Shown: positions 13,142 to 26,282, counted from the whole stretch's first letter. The stretch is DNA of 52,459 bases, filler included, from Sphacelaria rigidula (GCA_964200075.2; 4 parts of 4 records of this genome joined end to end with filler, not necessarily neighbours in it); one strand, 5' to 3'. Made by a program: numbers and translations. The notes: a model not told the origin generated them from the letters alone.

Positions 13142-14718
13142 TAGTGCTTGCACGTATGAGGTTGTGCGGGGCGCGTCTGCGGGGACAAGGGGAACACGAT
13201 ATGGACGAACCTGCTCTTCAGGAAGACTCAATAACTGGTCATTGTGGGGGCGATCGCCTTTCACAAGGGGATTTTCAAAATAGAGGTAGTCCCCTTCGAC
13301 AAGAACCCGCCTGAGAACGCGTTTTTTGTATCAAATGGCGTCTGCGGCGCCGATTCGAGGTCTGCTAACGCACACATGGCCTACAGCATCCTTTGCACCC
13401 CCCTTGCTCGAGGGTTCTCGGGTAAGGTTATAGATCACGAGTAGAGTAAAAAGCAGGTTATTTGTGCCCATGTTATCGATATATGTTGAATTGCTATGAC
13501 CAAAATAAGGAATGCGGCTTTTGATAACGGAGTAGTCCATCTGTAGTCCACCTGTGTGGGGAACAAAGTGGCCATTTGATGGCCATGATAGGACAGAGTG
13601 ATCACTCCGCTCCTCTCGGGCCTCGTTTCTCGCTTGCAATATCACGTAGGACACTTTCAAACACGCATGGTAGAATTGATGCGCTTTTCGGCTGTTCTGC
13701 GAACAGGCCCCCACCCCCCTGTCAAAAATCACCCCCGCCCCCTTGAGTCCCCCGGACGTCCCTGGACTGTCAGCCTGTGAAATTTTTCAGAGGCGACGCT
13801 CGCTCTCTAAATGAACAAGGGTGGAGGTTTGCTATGTATTGAGGATTGTTAAGTTGGAGGCGAACTGGAGTGAGACTTGCCTTATTTCATCAACTTTTCA
13901 AGGTCTCGAGGTGTTCTACTTCATCGGTCGCTCGTTATTTCATTGGATACAATGAAACCGCGTCCTCCTCCCTTGTGGTGAGCGAAGCGACAAGTGTTTT
14001 GTACTTGTACGCGACTATGCCCCTATGGTATGGGCCCCAAACGCTTCGTGGCCAGGCGGTGAACTCCGTGTTTAGCCCCGAAACAGTTTAATATCGCCAC
14101 CGCGTTTCTTGGACAACATGCATCAATATTCCACTACAGGGCAGTAGCTGTATGCTACCTGACCGATTCGCTACTGTAAACTCCGACGTTCCAAAAACGA
14201 CCTCTGATCGAGGACAAAACATCCGCTTCGATTCGCACGTCATGTCAACCATCGCTCATTTTTTAGGCGAACCGGGGTAAGCTCTACTGATGCCGATGCT
14301 GCCCGTGAACATTTTCAGGGCTATTCTGGCCTGCGTCCAGAGCAAGAGAAACACCGCTCTTCCGGATATCGAACATTTTTACCGAAGGGCGGTGTAAGCT
14401 TGCCTGCACCAACGGGACGTCCGCCACTTATGGTCACTTCGAGCTCGCCCGGACGTCGGTGCATGCCAGATGTTTTCGGACAAGGCACCACATGCATCCC
14501 CCTTCCCCTGAGAGTTCCCGGTATCCTTTGGGTTGGGGTTAGGGCCCATCTTAACTAGACAAAGGGGAAAAAAAAAAAAGGCGAAGAGTGAAGCAACCGT
14601 CCGAAGGTACCATGTTGACTGGTCTCCGCGGCATCACGCGGCGGCATGACCAATCGGCATATATATGCTGCTTTTAGGCGCTTGCTTTGCTCTTCGTTGC
14701 TTTTCTTCAGTCCGTCAA

Positions 14719-14926
14719 TCCCTTGACCGCGAGCATGGGTTATTTGTTTAATCGGCATTATTTTTTTCATGTGGAAAAAAAAATCACGACCTACGTGGAC
14801 TTTTAATACCCTCGCGGCCAATGGGTTAACTCTTTGACCGTGAGCATGGGTCATTCGTTGAATCAGCATCAATTTCATTAAAAAAAATACTGCATGACCA
14901 AATGGCTCATGTTCGCGGTCACAGGC
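14719..14926. mobile_element. Two tandem piggyBac-type MITEs (14719-14825, 14830-14926) sharing one TTAA
   Basis: Same TIRs and internal sequence as the other copies; TTAA at 14826-14829 lies between them. Confidence 0.75.
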
Positions 14927-15329
14927 TCAAGATCGGCTCTTACGGTAAGCGTTGCCGTTACCATTAGCGTTATGAGTTGACGAGAACACAGTATGTTCAA
15001 CCATGGAATTTGTTCAAGGGTTCGCGTAAACGTATCTCAACGGTGGGCCTAACAATTCAGGGGATGGAGTATTGCCTACAGACACCCACAACAGAACGTG
15101 CACATATATCCACAGATAGCCTGACTCCACTACAATTCAACGTACGTTGTTGATCGAGTGCCATATTTCATTCCGTGTTGGGTATTGGGCGAGGGTCAAA
15201 GATCTGTTGAAACATCTGTGTGATATCGTTACGCCCCAAATTGTGCTGTTTTTTATACAACTTGCGCTGTGCATTTTTCATTATTCCCCCCCCCCCGAAA
15301 AATCGATCATTGCAATCTCATTTCTTGAA

Positions 15330-15430
15330 CCCTTGGACTGCGTGCGGGTAGTCCATTCAGATGACACATACTTTTTTCAAGTGAATATTGATGTCGTTTG
15401 AGCAGGTGATCTGCCCTCGCGGTCAAAGGG
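15330..15430. mobile_element. piggyBac-type MITE
   Basis: CCCTTGGACTGCG...CGCGGTCAAAGGG, flanks TGAA/TTAA. Confidence 0.8.
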
Positions 15431-15672
15431 TTAAGAATTTGTTACAAGCCAAAACAACAAGCAAATCATATGCACGTTTTTTTCAAAGGACAGCTATCGA
15501 GCGGGCGAGGCTATCGAGTACTGTCTCAGGAGGGCATACCAACTCTGATGATCGTCAGCATTTGAACTCCTTGGATCGTCCATCAATTGTCAGCGGCTGG
15601 TCGTTGTGGGCCCGAATTCTCACAAGTCTGTGAAGCATATTCACACGTCGAACAGGTCATGATCTATCTTAA

Positions 15673-15774
15673 CCCTTTGACCGCAAGGGTAGGTCACCCG
15701 CTGAATCAGCACCAATATCTACTTGAAAAAGGCGTGAGTGATCCAGGTGGACTACCCGCACCGCTATGTAAGGG
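15673..15774. mobile_element. piggyBac-type MITE
   Basis: CCCTTTGACCGC...TAAGGG with a perfect TTAA on both sides. Confidence 0.8.
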
Positions 15775-16198
15775 TTAATAAGCTATTACTTCTTATTAGT
15801 ATACCGATCCGTATCATGAGCTAGCTCATTTAGCCCCATTTTCCACGATTGTTCCCTAGAGCGCTAGATGCCGAGCACGCGGAGTAGCCCAAAGGTGGCG
15901 CTTTGGCTTCTCGCACCCGCTGTCACGTAATTTGTGTGCTTAGACAACGCATCTGAGAGTCCTCTTCGATTCGTGATTTTAGGTAGGTAGCTCATGAGCT
16001 GTCCGACATGCTTGCATGTACGCTGGTGGTGCTGGATCCAGATCCGTGAATCGGAATCGTATTCGGTTTTCGCTGTCAATTTCGATTTCGCTTCTTTTTT
16101 CTTTCGGCCAAAACACACCCTTGTCGAGCACGATTAATTAAGCCCATGTAGCGCCCATGAGTAAGCAGGGCGTTTTCTCCACTGAAAAATTATATGTA

Positions 16199-17556
16199 CA
16201 GCCGGGTGCACCATCGAAATCCATGCGCACCCTGGGATAATGGCAAAAACACGTGCGATTGGTCAGTGGCACATGGCCACCCCGACCGTGGTGGCTTGGA
16301 TCACATTTTCAATCGGAGCCAGCGCAACCTACGCAGAGTAGTACAGTAGTAAGATATGTTGTACTCTCTCTCTCATCTCTCACTACTCATCGCGTGGCCG
16401 ACTCTATTTTGTCTGCGTGACTCCCCATTGCCAGCTCGAAAGTAAAGACGTGCTCTGTCTTGATTATTTCGAAGCTCAAATTATGTTCTCGCCTACTTCC
16501 CATCCATGTATGATGCACGCGGACAACCGATGAAGGGAAATAACTGCCGCGTTTTGTTCCCCAGCGGTACAGAGAACCCAAGGTAGAGAGCGTGGCGTAT
16601 ACCGGAACAGATGACGTCATGGCGACTGTATTATGCTCCTCTGTTTGTTAGTTGTGCTGGGTTCAGCGGTACCGCCATGTGCGCCTCGCCTTCTGCACAG
16701 CAAAATGAGTGATGACGTACACGCAGGATTATACACATGATAACGTAGGTAAACGGAAGCCCCAAAAAGCACACAGGACAGTACAATGCTATACAGTACA
16801 GTACAGTGTCGTCTTGTCTCCCCCCCCCCCTCGCCCGACGGGTTTCTTTTCCTCTTCTAAGAAGACCATTGAGAAACTACAATGCAACACACTTCCGGAG
16901 AGCGTGACCCCTTTCGGCCGCCAGCTCTAAAAATTAACCCTTTGTCCGCCAGGGTGGGTTACCTGGGTCTTGTATTCATTTTTCAAGTGAAAAAATTGCC
17001 GACGCAACAGATAACCCACCCTGTGGGTGACACGTGCTCCATGGTTTTCGAAACAGCGACGGATGCTGTAGAGACGGCACGGCGCACATGGCGGTATTGA
17101 TAGACTCAACACAACTAAATAACGGAAAAACATAATACACCAGTCTCCATGATGCGGTCTGTTCAGGTACAGGCCACGCTCCCCACCTTCGGTTCTTTGT
17201 TCCGCTGGGTACACAAAGCGACAGCTCTTTTCCCTTCATTTTAGCATGTGTGTCGGCGCGCATTATACATGGATGGGAAGTAAGCGAGCAAAGAAATTTG
17301 AGCATTTTCTTCTGTTCTCGAGCTGGCGGTGGAAAGTCATGCAGACAGTAGGAAGTCGGCCACGCGACGAATAGTGAGAGATGGAAGAAAGAGTGCAGCA
17401 TCACCTGACCGTCCTACTCTACGTAGGTTGCGCTGGCTCCGATTGGACATGTTACCGAAGTCACCACGGTCGGGGTGGCCATGCGGCACTGACCAGCCGC
17501 ACGTGTTTTTGCCATTATCCCAGGGTGCGCATGGATTTTAATGGTGCACCCGGCTG
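16199..17556. mobile_element. Non-autonomous Tc1/mariner-like DNA transposon with ~143-bp TIRs; nested truncated piggyBac MITE at ~16938-17030
   Basis: 16199-16341 (CAGCCGGGTGCACCAT...) is the reverse complement of 17413-17556. TA lies on both flanks. Confidence 0.85.
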
Positions 17557-17689
17557 TACATACTTCCTCCAAGACATGGGTACAGTCGGTTATAGGGCAT
17601 AGATCACATCGTTTGAACGGAAGCGCGTAAGATTCTGCAGTTAGATTATTTGGGAAGATACAGTGACGGAGATGGTCACGAACAAAAAA

Positions 17690-18165
17690 CAAACAAAAAT
17701 CCGAGTTGGTATTGGAGATAAATCGTGGATTAAATTTGATCCAATTTAGGCCGATTTCGTCCGGTTTTGTACCGTTTTCGGCCGAATTTGGACGATTTTT
17801 GCCTGTGTTTGTCAGTCCACAACATGACCACACGCTTTCAGACGAGGCGTAGGTATCGTCTATCAATAATAAAGCGCAAACAAACACCAATTTTCTGCAC
17901 ATTCTTGCGTTGTTGGCCATTTTTCCGATTTTCAGTTTTTCTCCCCTTTTTCCGGAAAACGGGGAGAAAACGTCCATTTCTGGGCCAACTGATTTTGTTT
18001 CAGCCGCTGGTCCATGCTGAAGGCTGCGCCAAAAGAAAAACAAGAACGGGGTTCAACTACAAAAATGACGAAGATTGAAAAAATATCATCGCTAACGTCA
18101 TCGGACACGGTCAAGTGCCCGTACAAACATAACCGACTTTACTCATGTGTTGGAATAAGTATAAT
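17690..18165 (+). repeat. Dispersed repeat family, unclassified (other copies ~45860-46290 and ~51835-52200)
   Basis: Shared text such as CCGTTTTCGGyCGAATTT, AGACGAGGCG.AGGT, CCCCTTTTTCCGGAA..GGGG.AAA..CCATTT..GGGCC.ACTG across three positions on two contigs. Confidence 0.75.
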
Positions 18166-18816
18166 TTTCACGTACTTTTGTATTCCTTCGCATGGGTCAA
18201 ATCGGCCTCGATGTAAGGAGGGTGCGAGCTATTTGCGCGGCAACGGCCCAGCGGGTCCCGGACCCAGAACAAAGCACACTTTACATGGGGCACCCTGTGC
18301 ACACACCCTGCCCGAGGGTTCTCGGTCTACCTCGGGATTGGATGAGGGTTAGGGTTAACGTGGAGGTCTTGTCAAAAACAGAGTATGTACCACGCATCGG
18401 TTTTTGGCGCCGAAGTGGCGTAAATCCCCGTCTCGCCGGCTCCATCGTACAGTGTACCGTATTCATAGTTAAAGCTGTCCAATGAGACTTCTTCCTCGCG
18501 TTTTGTGTCTTGGCCCGGATTGCAATGTTACTTGACGCCTTGTTACTCCCCCTCAGGGCCGTTTGCAAGGGGGTCACGGAAGGATGTTGCAGGTCTAGTC
18601 CAGGACTGTTCACCAAATCCTGCATTATGATAGGTTTGTTTTCAAATGTTGTCTCGGTACTCGGCACCCTCCGTTTCTGTTTACCACCATTCGTATTCCC
18701 CAAATAAACACGACGATGTACATGCGAAAAACATGCCACATTCTTTACCCCCGTGCGCTAGGGAAGCTGATCATTCGACAGAAGATCAGGTCACGACAGG
18801 TGGGAGTCGCGAAATA

Positions 18817-21800
18817 ATGAGTGCTGCTGAGGCATGGACGCCCCCCGTGGTGAAAATGGACGACCCTTCAGCGCCCGCTATCATCGCTAAGGTATATACT
18901 GTAGTAGACAGACTTGCTGTTGTTGTTGTTATTCTTGTCTTCACATTAAAAACCGTTCCGATAATATCTGCGCGGTACATTCGTACTGGGCATCTGATGC
19001 GGACGCCTTCCGTAGTCACAGGCTAGCTACCTGTGTTCAGGTACTACCATGAGGAAATAATAATAAAATAAACAGACCTAGATTAGAACTCACAAAAGGC
19101 GATACAAGCAAAACAGGGATGGATAATAAAGAAAGAGAATACATATGGCTAACCTCAGAAGATCCGGTGCCGCAGGTGGCCATTCGGACGTTAGGGGGTG
19201 GCACTGCGTTACGTTACGTTACGTTGCATTACGTGTGAAATAATGTACCTCGCACTGCGTGAGGCTGTGTCTTCGCACATCATTTTCCGATCGAAAAAGT
19301 GGGTTGGAAAACAAGAATTCCGATTTGATATCCCCGATCTGATAGTTCAGCCACCTACCATTAAAATGAGTTGCGATGGTTGAAATCACGACCTGTTCAG
19401 ATCGAAGTTTTCTTTTTCCACCGCATATTTTCGATCGAAAAATAATGTGTGCTAAGAGGCGCCCTAGGGCGAGAAAGACAAGAATATACGAGATCCCAGT
19501 TTCGTGTGCACCCCCAAAATTGTACGAGAGTCAGCCAGTTAGGGATCCTGTTTTTTAGTCAGCAGACGGTTTTGCCTCAACACTTGTGGAGAACTTTGAA
19601 CAAGATCATACCATTCTACATCTAGTCTCATGGATCGCCAGTGAACGGGCAATGGCGCCAGGTTCCTTCCGCGAGAGACACGGTGTCGAGCTTCCCACTG
19701 TGTGTGTTGGGGTTTTGGTCAGGAGTGACCGAGTAGAGGGGTGCGAGGCAAGGAGCCCCGCCAGGGCTTGACGGATCGCTCCATGGCAGTTAGCATTGAC
19801 ACCCCGGTGACAATGTCGGAGGTTGCATGCCACGTACCATGCGCAGCAGTGGGTGTGAGCTCATGAGGTGGTACAGGTATACAGCATTAAGCATGTCATG
19901 GGGGGGGGGAGGGGTAAAGGGTGTGGATACCTAGTGGAGGTGGGACATGGGGGTACCTGGTGTGGACGACTTCCGTTTTCAAACGAGTACGAGTGACAAC
20001 GTTTCTCCCGCCATGAACTGATGGGGGAAACAGGAGAGGATAGGTGGGATGATTGTAACCTGGGACTGTAGCCGCCCAGCCGGTTTTGTGGTCGGCTTTT
20101 ACTTTGTTTTGACAGCACGTTCGTACCAACACATATCCCGCACCCGCCCTGCTCGTCCAAAGCAAAGCTGAGTACACTATGCACACACACACACACAGGC
20201 ATGCAAAGATTTCGGGTTCTTCTATCTTGAGAATCACGGGATTTCCGAGGAGATAATGCGGGAGGTTTTCAACCAATCGAAGGCGTTTTTTAATCTACCT
20301 GTGGCGGACAAGATGACGGTGCTCACGGACAAGAACAATCGAGGTTACACCCCCATGCACGAAGAGGTACTGGACCCCAGCAACCAGGCGAAGGGAGACA
20401 CGAAGGTACCGCGATTGTTTTTTGCAGTGTTCTCGTAACAGTTATATTCGAGCGATGATTGTCTGAGTTGCGTACACATGGCAAGCTGACTAAAAACAAC
20501 ATCCAAATAAAGGTGTATCGTATTCCTGAGGGGGTCAACTCAAGGTAACTTACTGTACGGAAAATGGGTATATGTTGTCTGCGTAAGGGTGAGCTCTCTC
20601 ACGGACACTGTTGTGGTTGCAAATCGCCGCCGCGCTCCGGTGGTGTAATGATCCGACTGTCGCCATTAGGGTGGAAAGAACGGGGGTTCGATTCCCGATG
20701 TGTTGGGTTTTTTCTTCGCAGCGTATGATTTCCACCGTGGAAAGCGTGAGAACGTGAGTAACAACGTAGTCGACTGGGTTCGTGTAACGTGAGTTGACGC
20801 GGTGCGGGAGTGCTAACCCAATTTGCGAGACCAAAATGAAAGGCGCGTACCGAGGAAGAGATGGGTTGATCCCTTGAGACCACGGACTCATCCCGAGGAG
20901 GGGGAGGGGTTCCAAGTGTGAGAAGAAAAAAAAAAACGCTCGTGTAGTTCCCCTTGCACTGTACTGTACAGGTTTTGGTGGGTTCCTGCGGAGCGGCCAA
21001 AGCGATTCGACACATCGAGCAAGAAGCACACACACACACACACAGAGGCCGTCGCAACAAGGTCATCCCATGCCGCTTTGTGTGAGAGCCCAGTTTTCAA
21101 TTTTCTTTGGATTTGGGGCAGGTACGATAAAAAAGGTTATACTCGTGACATTTGTGGACTTTTCCATGAGCCATGTGTATGCTTCCTCCTCATCCATTCC
21201 GCCGTCGGCCAGGAGGGTTACTACGTATTTCGAGAGATTGAAGTAGGAAGCGAGGATGCGCTCAAGCCGTTGAGAGGACCCAACCAGTGGCCAGCGGAGC
21301 ACCTCGTGCCAGGGTAAGTTATCACAGTACTGCTGTGCCTTATGCGGTTCACGCAGGATGGCGGAAGGGGTACACCTTTTCGTCAGTATCAGACCACAAG
21401 GTTCGTCGAAGGGTGCTGTGCGTTCCCAGCACATACGGTTCTTCTTCTTTTTTGCATTTTATCTTGGCACTATTCACAAAGCTGGGTCGAAATACGTCAG
21501 CATAAGGTAAGCAAAAAAAAGGCATTTTCGATGGTCACGCTATATCGCGTTTCATCCCCATCCCTTCACGCGGGCTATTGCTTTCTCCCATTCTAGGCTG
21601 AGGTTTTACGCGAGAGTAATGAAATGAACCAGGGTTCAAACCAATCTAGTGGGGGGAGGGTGGGTACTGCTTCTTCCCTCCCGCATTCCTCGGGACGAGA
21701 CCGTACTGCACTCTCGAGGGATTAACCCATCTCTCCTCTGGTGCCTCGCTCGTCCTTCGCTGTCGAGGGATGGACTAGCAATCCCACAGCCTGTCGACTT

Positions 21801-24800
21801 CCTCCCTCGAATTACCGCGCCAACTCTCCGTGTCACGTCTTTGAACTACGGAAAGAACAAGTGCGCTGTCGGGAGTCGAACCTACGGAATCCCACCGAAG
21901 TAGGATTGATGCACCAATGTGGCTGACCGCCGGGGCAAGGCTGGAAAATGATCACGTAGCATCCGCGTGTATATTTGGAGCAACCGCAATGATGCACTCT
22001 TGAGAAAGATGTGGTGCATGATCATTAAATTGATGTTGTGCACCTCGTTTGCACGTGCGGTCTTCTTGTCGAGAACCATGGTTGAGCATCCTTATTTGGC
22101 CGCGTCATTGAACATAACGCACATGTGTCGCTTTTTTTTCGATATACATGCTTCCTCCTCTGTCCCATGAGTAAACTAGGTTACCTTCACACAGGCCGTT
22201 AACCGTGGCGAAAGCGTGATTTGTGTTTTTTTCTGTAATATTCGGAGTTTTTTCGTGGGCGCACCCCGCCAGGTCTCCAAACGGCCCAATTGATATCAGT
22301 CGGCCTAAAAATGACCGCATATCGCACCTAATTCATAGGCAAAAACAAGTCGAGAATAGATAAAAAAAAAGTAGGAGCAAAGACAGGCCACGGCCGCGTT
22401 TACGGGCGGGGGGGGGAGTGCTCGGAGGAGATTCCATCATATTGTGTAGTCTGTGAATAGTGGGCTTGGCATGTGAAGGTATCAAATTCTAGTTTGTGGG
22501 GGGGATTTCTCAAAACGAAGTCCCGAAACAAAATTCCAAAATTACCCCCAAAATTCTACACAAACTATACTCGTACGATATATATATACATCTATATATA
22601 TACGGGCACCCCCTGTACCTTATCTTCATATTGAACCCAAGTGGAGAATCCCCAAGCCCGTGAATGGGCTAATATATATAATATAATATAGAAACCTGGT
22701 TTACTGATGGATATGAAGGAAGTATGTACCTGTCTCTGTTTCGTCACAAGCGTTCATTTTTTAACTCGTCAGCCTCTTTTCCGGGTGATGAGTGGGTATT
22801 CTCGCGCTGTCACGAGCGAATCGCGAAATGATCCAGTCAAACACACTCGGTCCCCTGCAACACCTGCATGCAGGTGGAAGAGCACGATGCAGGCGCACTT
22901 CGAGAGGATGCACGACCTGGGGATACGACTTACTGGACTGCTGGCTGTCGGACTGGGGCTCGACCCCAACTTTTTCGCCAAGTATTTCTCCAAGTCCATG
23001 GCTGCGCTGCGGTTGCTCCACTACTCCTCGGAGGTACTCGAGTGGTTGATTTCATCTGACTTGGTTTCTATCGGCCACTTTTCACGCTTCCTAGCGCTTT
23101 GGAAGCCTTGGGGATGCCTCGACCTTATTTCGGAACAAATATTCCAGCAGGCCTTCACGCCGTCTACCCCCATGCTATGGCGGAGCAGCAGCTCCTTTTT
23201 GTGTGTACCATCCTTAGTGACAGTATATTAGAGAGTTTCGGGAAAAATCCAATTTCATTTCAGAGTCAGAGTGGAAGAACTTCAGAGTGGAAGGTTTTGA
23301 AACTTCAGAGTGGAAGCTCAGAAGTTTATAGCAGAAGCTGATGTGACGTGGCTTGACGTGTATTTTTTTGTCGCAGTGATTGGCCGCAGGTTGCCCGCCA
23401 AGTGTGCGATCGACCAACGTCCAGTGCGAACATGCATAGGTCAGCATGGCACTGACTGTACAACAGTAGCGAGTCTGTGTTGTACCGTACCCTGCGGCAC
23501 CTTACCGTACCGTACTCTACGCTTCACTGCTCTAGAACTACTTGACTGCACCACGGTGCCCTACAGGGCACTGTAATGCTGCGCAGTATACAGTGCAGAC
23601 AATGCAATGCAGAACCCCACAGTACATTGCGGTACGGTGAAGTATAGCGATGGCGTACAGACAGCACGACAGCACTTCCAAAGGCAAAGTCGCCTCGCAG
23701 TGATTTTCCAACATGTTGCCCATAACGGTGGTGCAAGACGTCATGGTATCTAACGAAAGGGCAATGCAGCCAGGTACAGCATTGCTTGTGCGCTGTAGAC
23801 TACGAATCGTTCACACCGTCTTCTTCCAGCTGAGGCTGGCAAGAGAGAGAAGCTGTACCCAAGGTAACGTCTTATACCCGTCGACCATTGAAATTTTCAC
23901 GCAACACAAGCGAGCGAATGCTGATACCATGTCGGCGGCAGGGAGGCCCTCTGATTGCGACGCCAAGCGTTGCTACTTTGTGACAGGTCCACTGTGATGA
24001 GCATGACAGCTATGATGGGTGTCCCACTTTGCTTGCTAGGGTATATTGATCGTGAAGTGCCTGTAACCGTGGTGGTGGGGGTGGGGGTGATTATTTTTCC
24101 CTCCGCTGTGAAATACGAAGAGGCACGTCGGTTTTCAGAGTGAAGTGCTCCAAACAGGACTCTGACTCTGAAGAGTTGACTCTGATTCTTTTCTCACAGT
24201 GGAACGTATACCGTTACCGGCTTTTCCCCTTCCACTCTGATTCTAAAACGCTAAAAAATATTTTTCCGAAAATTTACATCATGTGAATTATGTGACGTTT
24301 AGCCCCTGACTCGTGCAATTTGTGTAACAAAATCCTTTTTTTTTTTTCATTCACGGTGGTCTGGCGGTTTACGCAGCGTCGTCATTCTTTTGTTCGTAGG
24401 AGACAAGAGCTATTGCACCTAGATTGTAGTTCTCGAGTACCCACAAGTGTGTGCACCACTCTGCATCGTCTCCTCGTAGCACACTACTGCTGGATATCTC
24501 CAGGGGTGGTCAGGGTAGGGTACGAACCCTGGGCTACCCCTTATTCTTAGGGTACTTTGTAGTACCTTTGGAGCACCCGGTACTCTAAAGTACCCAACGT
24601 ATCGACACACCAGCATACCCTACTCTGTCTCGTATCCTTCTCTAACTACCTCTATACAGGTTGTTTGGGTACAATACGCGCCCTGTAGCTTCAGGGTACT
24701 TTGAAGTACCCAGTACAGCACTCGAGTGTATCCAGCGTATCGACACCCTGACATACCTTATTCTGCACCCTACCCTACTCTTTACTACCTCTACACAGGT

Positions 24801-25183
24801 GGTTAGGGTGGGGTACGTCCCCTGGGGGGGGGGGGGGGGTATTCTGGATTTTCAGGGCGTTTCGGAGTACCCAGTAGTCGAGGGTACGAAGGATATCGAC
24901 ACCCCAAGATACCCTACCCTCTACCCTACCCTTACCGTAAACACCTGTGAATATGTCGACCTATGAGTCTCTTTGTGGTACCGTATTGTTGTGTGCGTGT
25001 TGTCCAGTCGACATTTCGGTCGGTACGTTGATGATGTACATTCCTTTTCGCGTGTTATTTGGACCACGTTTGCTATTCCCGCTACTGTGCACCAAACAAA
25101 AACTACAGGTGTCGGACCCTGACAACGGCGTGTTGGGCACGGGTGCGCACTCGGACTACGGTCTCATGACCATGCTAGCCACG
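18817..25183 (+). CDS. 2-oxoglutarate/Fe(II)-dependent dioxygenase (DIOX_N + 2OG-FeII_Oxy, IPNS-like), 5' part (exons 18817-18891, 20199-20405, 21213-21313, 22874-23033, 25109-25183); 3' exons not on this contig
   Basis: Five exons with GT-AG ends and consistent phases (0, 0, 2, 0) give MSAAEAWTPPVVKMDD...ACKDFGFFYLENHGI...AFFNLP...RGY...DTKEGYY...GPNQWP...LRLLHY...GTGAHSDYGLMTMLAT, including the HxD iron-binding motif. The distal His and RxS motifs are missing because the contig ends. Confidence 0.93.
19250..19473. mobile_element. Degenerate fold-back MITE in dioxygenase intron 1
   Basis: TCTTCGCACATCATTTTCCGATCGAAAA pairs with TTTTCGATCGAAAAATAATGTGTGCTAAGA; pairing continues inward. Confidence 0.6.
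20627..20936 (+). mobile_element. tRNA-derived SINE in dioxygenase intron 2
   Basis: A-box-like TGGTGTAATG, B-box GGTTCGATTCCC, shared core and 3' module (GAGGAAGAGATGGGTTGATCCCTTGAGA...CCCGAGGA), A-rich tail. Confidence 0.65.
21640..21936 (-). mobile_element. tRNA-derived SINE in dioxygenase intron 3 (reverse orientation)
   Basis: Reverse complement has A-box-like CAGCCACATTGG, B-box GGTTCGACTCCC and the same GAGGAGAGATGGGTTAATCCCTCGAGA...CCCGAGGA module. Confidence 0.65.
24501..24947. repeat. Three tandem ~150-bp units, each with its own imperfect inverted ends
   Basis: Units start CAGG..G..AGGGTrGGGTAC at about 24501, 24657 and 24797, share a GTATCGACAC core, and end ACCCTAC...ACCT. Confidence 0.55.
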
Positions 25184-25261
25184 GTAAGCAAGATGTGAGC
25201 GTATTTAGCTAGCCATATGAGGTAATAGGCACGACCCTTGCAACCACAGGACTCGGATGTA

Positions 25262-25428
25262 CAGCCTGGGCAATATATGGTCAATAGATGTAATATACAA
25301 AATATATACTGGATAAAGTATAGGCCTATTGCAACTATTGACGACCGATAATACTTACAATAGGTCTATACTTACCCAGTGCACTTCTTGCCTATTGCAT
25401 CCATTGACCATATATTGTCCATGGTCTG
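25262..25428. mobile_element. Fold-back MITE (Tc1/mariner-type) in dioxygenase intron 5
   Basis: CAGCCTGGGCAATATATGGTCAAT pairs with ATTGACCATATATTGTCCATGGTCTG; flanks TA/CA. Confidence 0.7.
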
Positions 25429-25778
25429 CACGGATGCCAGGATTTTGGTGTCCTCCCCACTTCTCCTGCGTCTGATCGTAGCGAGCTGCAGCGTACGTCT
25501 GACAGTATCGGCCCGCCGTTGCTGAGCAATTTCAACTAGATGAACTGGCTGCCTCGAGTTTTTTCAAACAAGATATCCGGGCTGAGAAATCGGGCGGAGG
25601 ACCTGACCCCAGTTGATCCCTACGTAATATGTGTAAGATCTTCGTGTTACGGGTGAGGATACGCATATCTGTCATATTATTTTTCCGTTGCCCTCCGGGT
25701 GTTCGTATAGCCGATCAAACTCAGGGACCGACGGTTGCACTCGTATGTAGTCTGCAGACCCCCTCGACTAATTTGAAG

Positions 25779-25809
<31 letters not shown>

Positions 25810-25962
25810 ACCCAGTCCCCCCCCGACAGGAAACGGACAACCTCACGCCAGCAGNNNNNNNNNNTTCGTATCGCCGATCAAACCCAGGGCCCGACGGTTG
25901 CCCTCGTATGTAGTCTCCAGCCCCCCCCGACTAATTTGAAGCCCCCCCCCCCCCCCCCTCCA

Positions 25963-26182
25963 CGAGTACGCGACCTGGACCTGCTAGAAAGAAGGAAGAG
26001 CTATACCAGTAGTCGAGTGGAGGAGGAAGTACATGCACAGAGTTGCCCCTGTGGAAGAGCAATTGAGAGTAGAATTTATATGGTGACAAAAGGTGAACTA
26101 CAGTGTACAAGGAGGTACAGGATGTGTTGAGAGGGGGATTGGCGGAAACCAAGACGACATGCTGTCCATAGATGAAGACGCG
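25963..26182 (+). mobile_element. LINE C-terminal fragment of the same family as 29955-31697
   Basis: RVRDLDLLERRKSYTSSRVEEEVHAQSCPCGRAIESR is nearly identical to the peptide encoded on the minus strand at about 30216-30315. Confidence 0.8.
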
Positions 26183-26282
26183 NNNNNNNNNNNNNNNNNN
26201 NNNNNNNNNNNNNNNNNNNNNNNNNNTTAATTAATTAANNNNNNNNNNNNNNNNNNNNNNNNNNNNNNNNNNNNNNNNNNNN
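26183..26282. other. Artificial contig-join spacer
   Basis: Same 100-bp spacer. Confidence 0.98.

Noticed and set aside
23230-24277. Possible TIR element with CAGAGTGGAA subterminal repeats
   Set aside because: Inverted similarity is present, but the termini are too degenerate and no TSD was found, so boundaries cannot be supported.
25573-25623. Possible dioxygenase exon 6 (ISGLRNRAEDLTPVDPY)
   Set aside because: Only superficial similarity to the expected GLQ...WxxV segment, with weak splice sites.
25702-25960. ~90-bp direct duplication either side of the 10-N gap
   Set aside because: Flanks a scaffold gap next to poly-C tracts; probably an unmerged, low-quality overlap.
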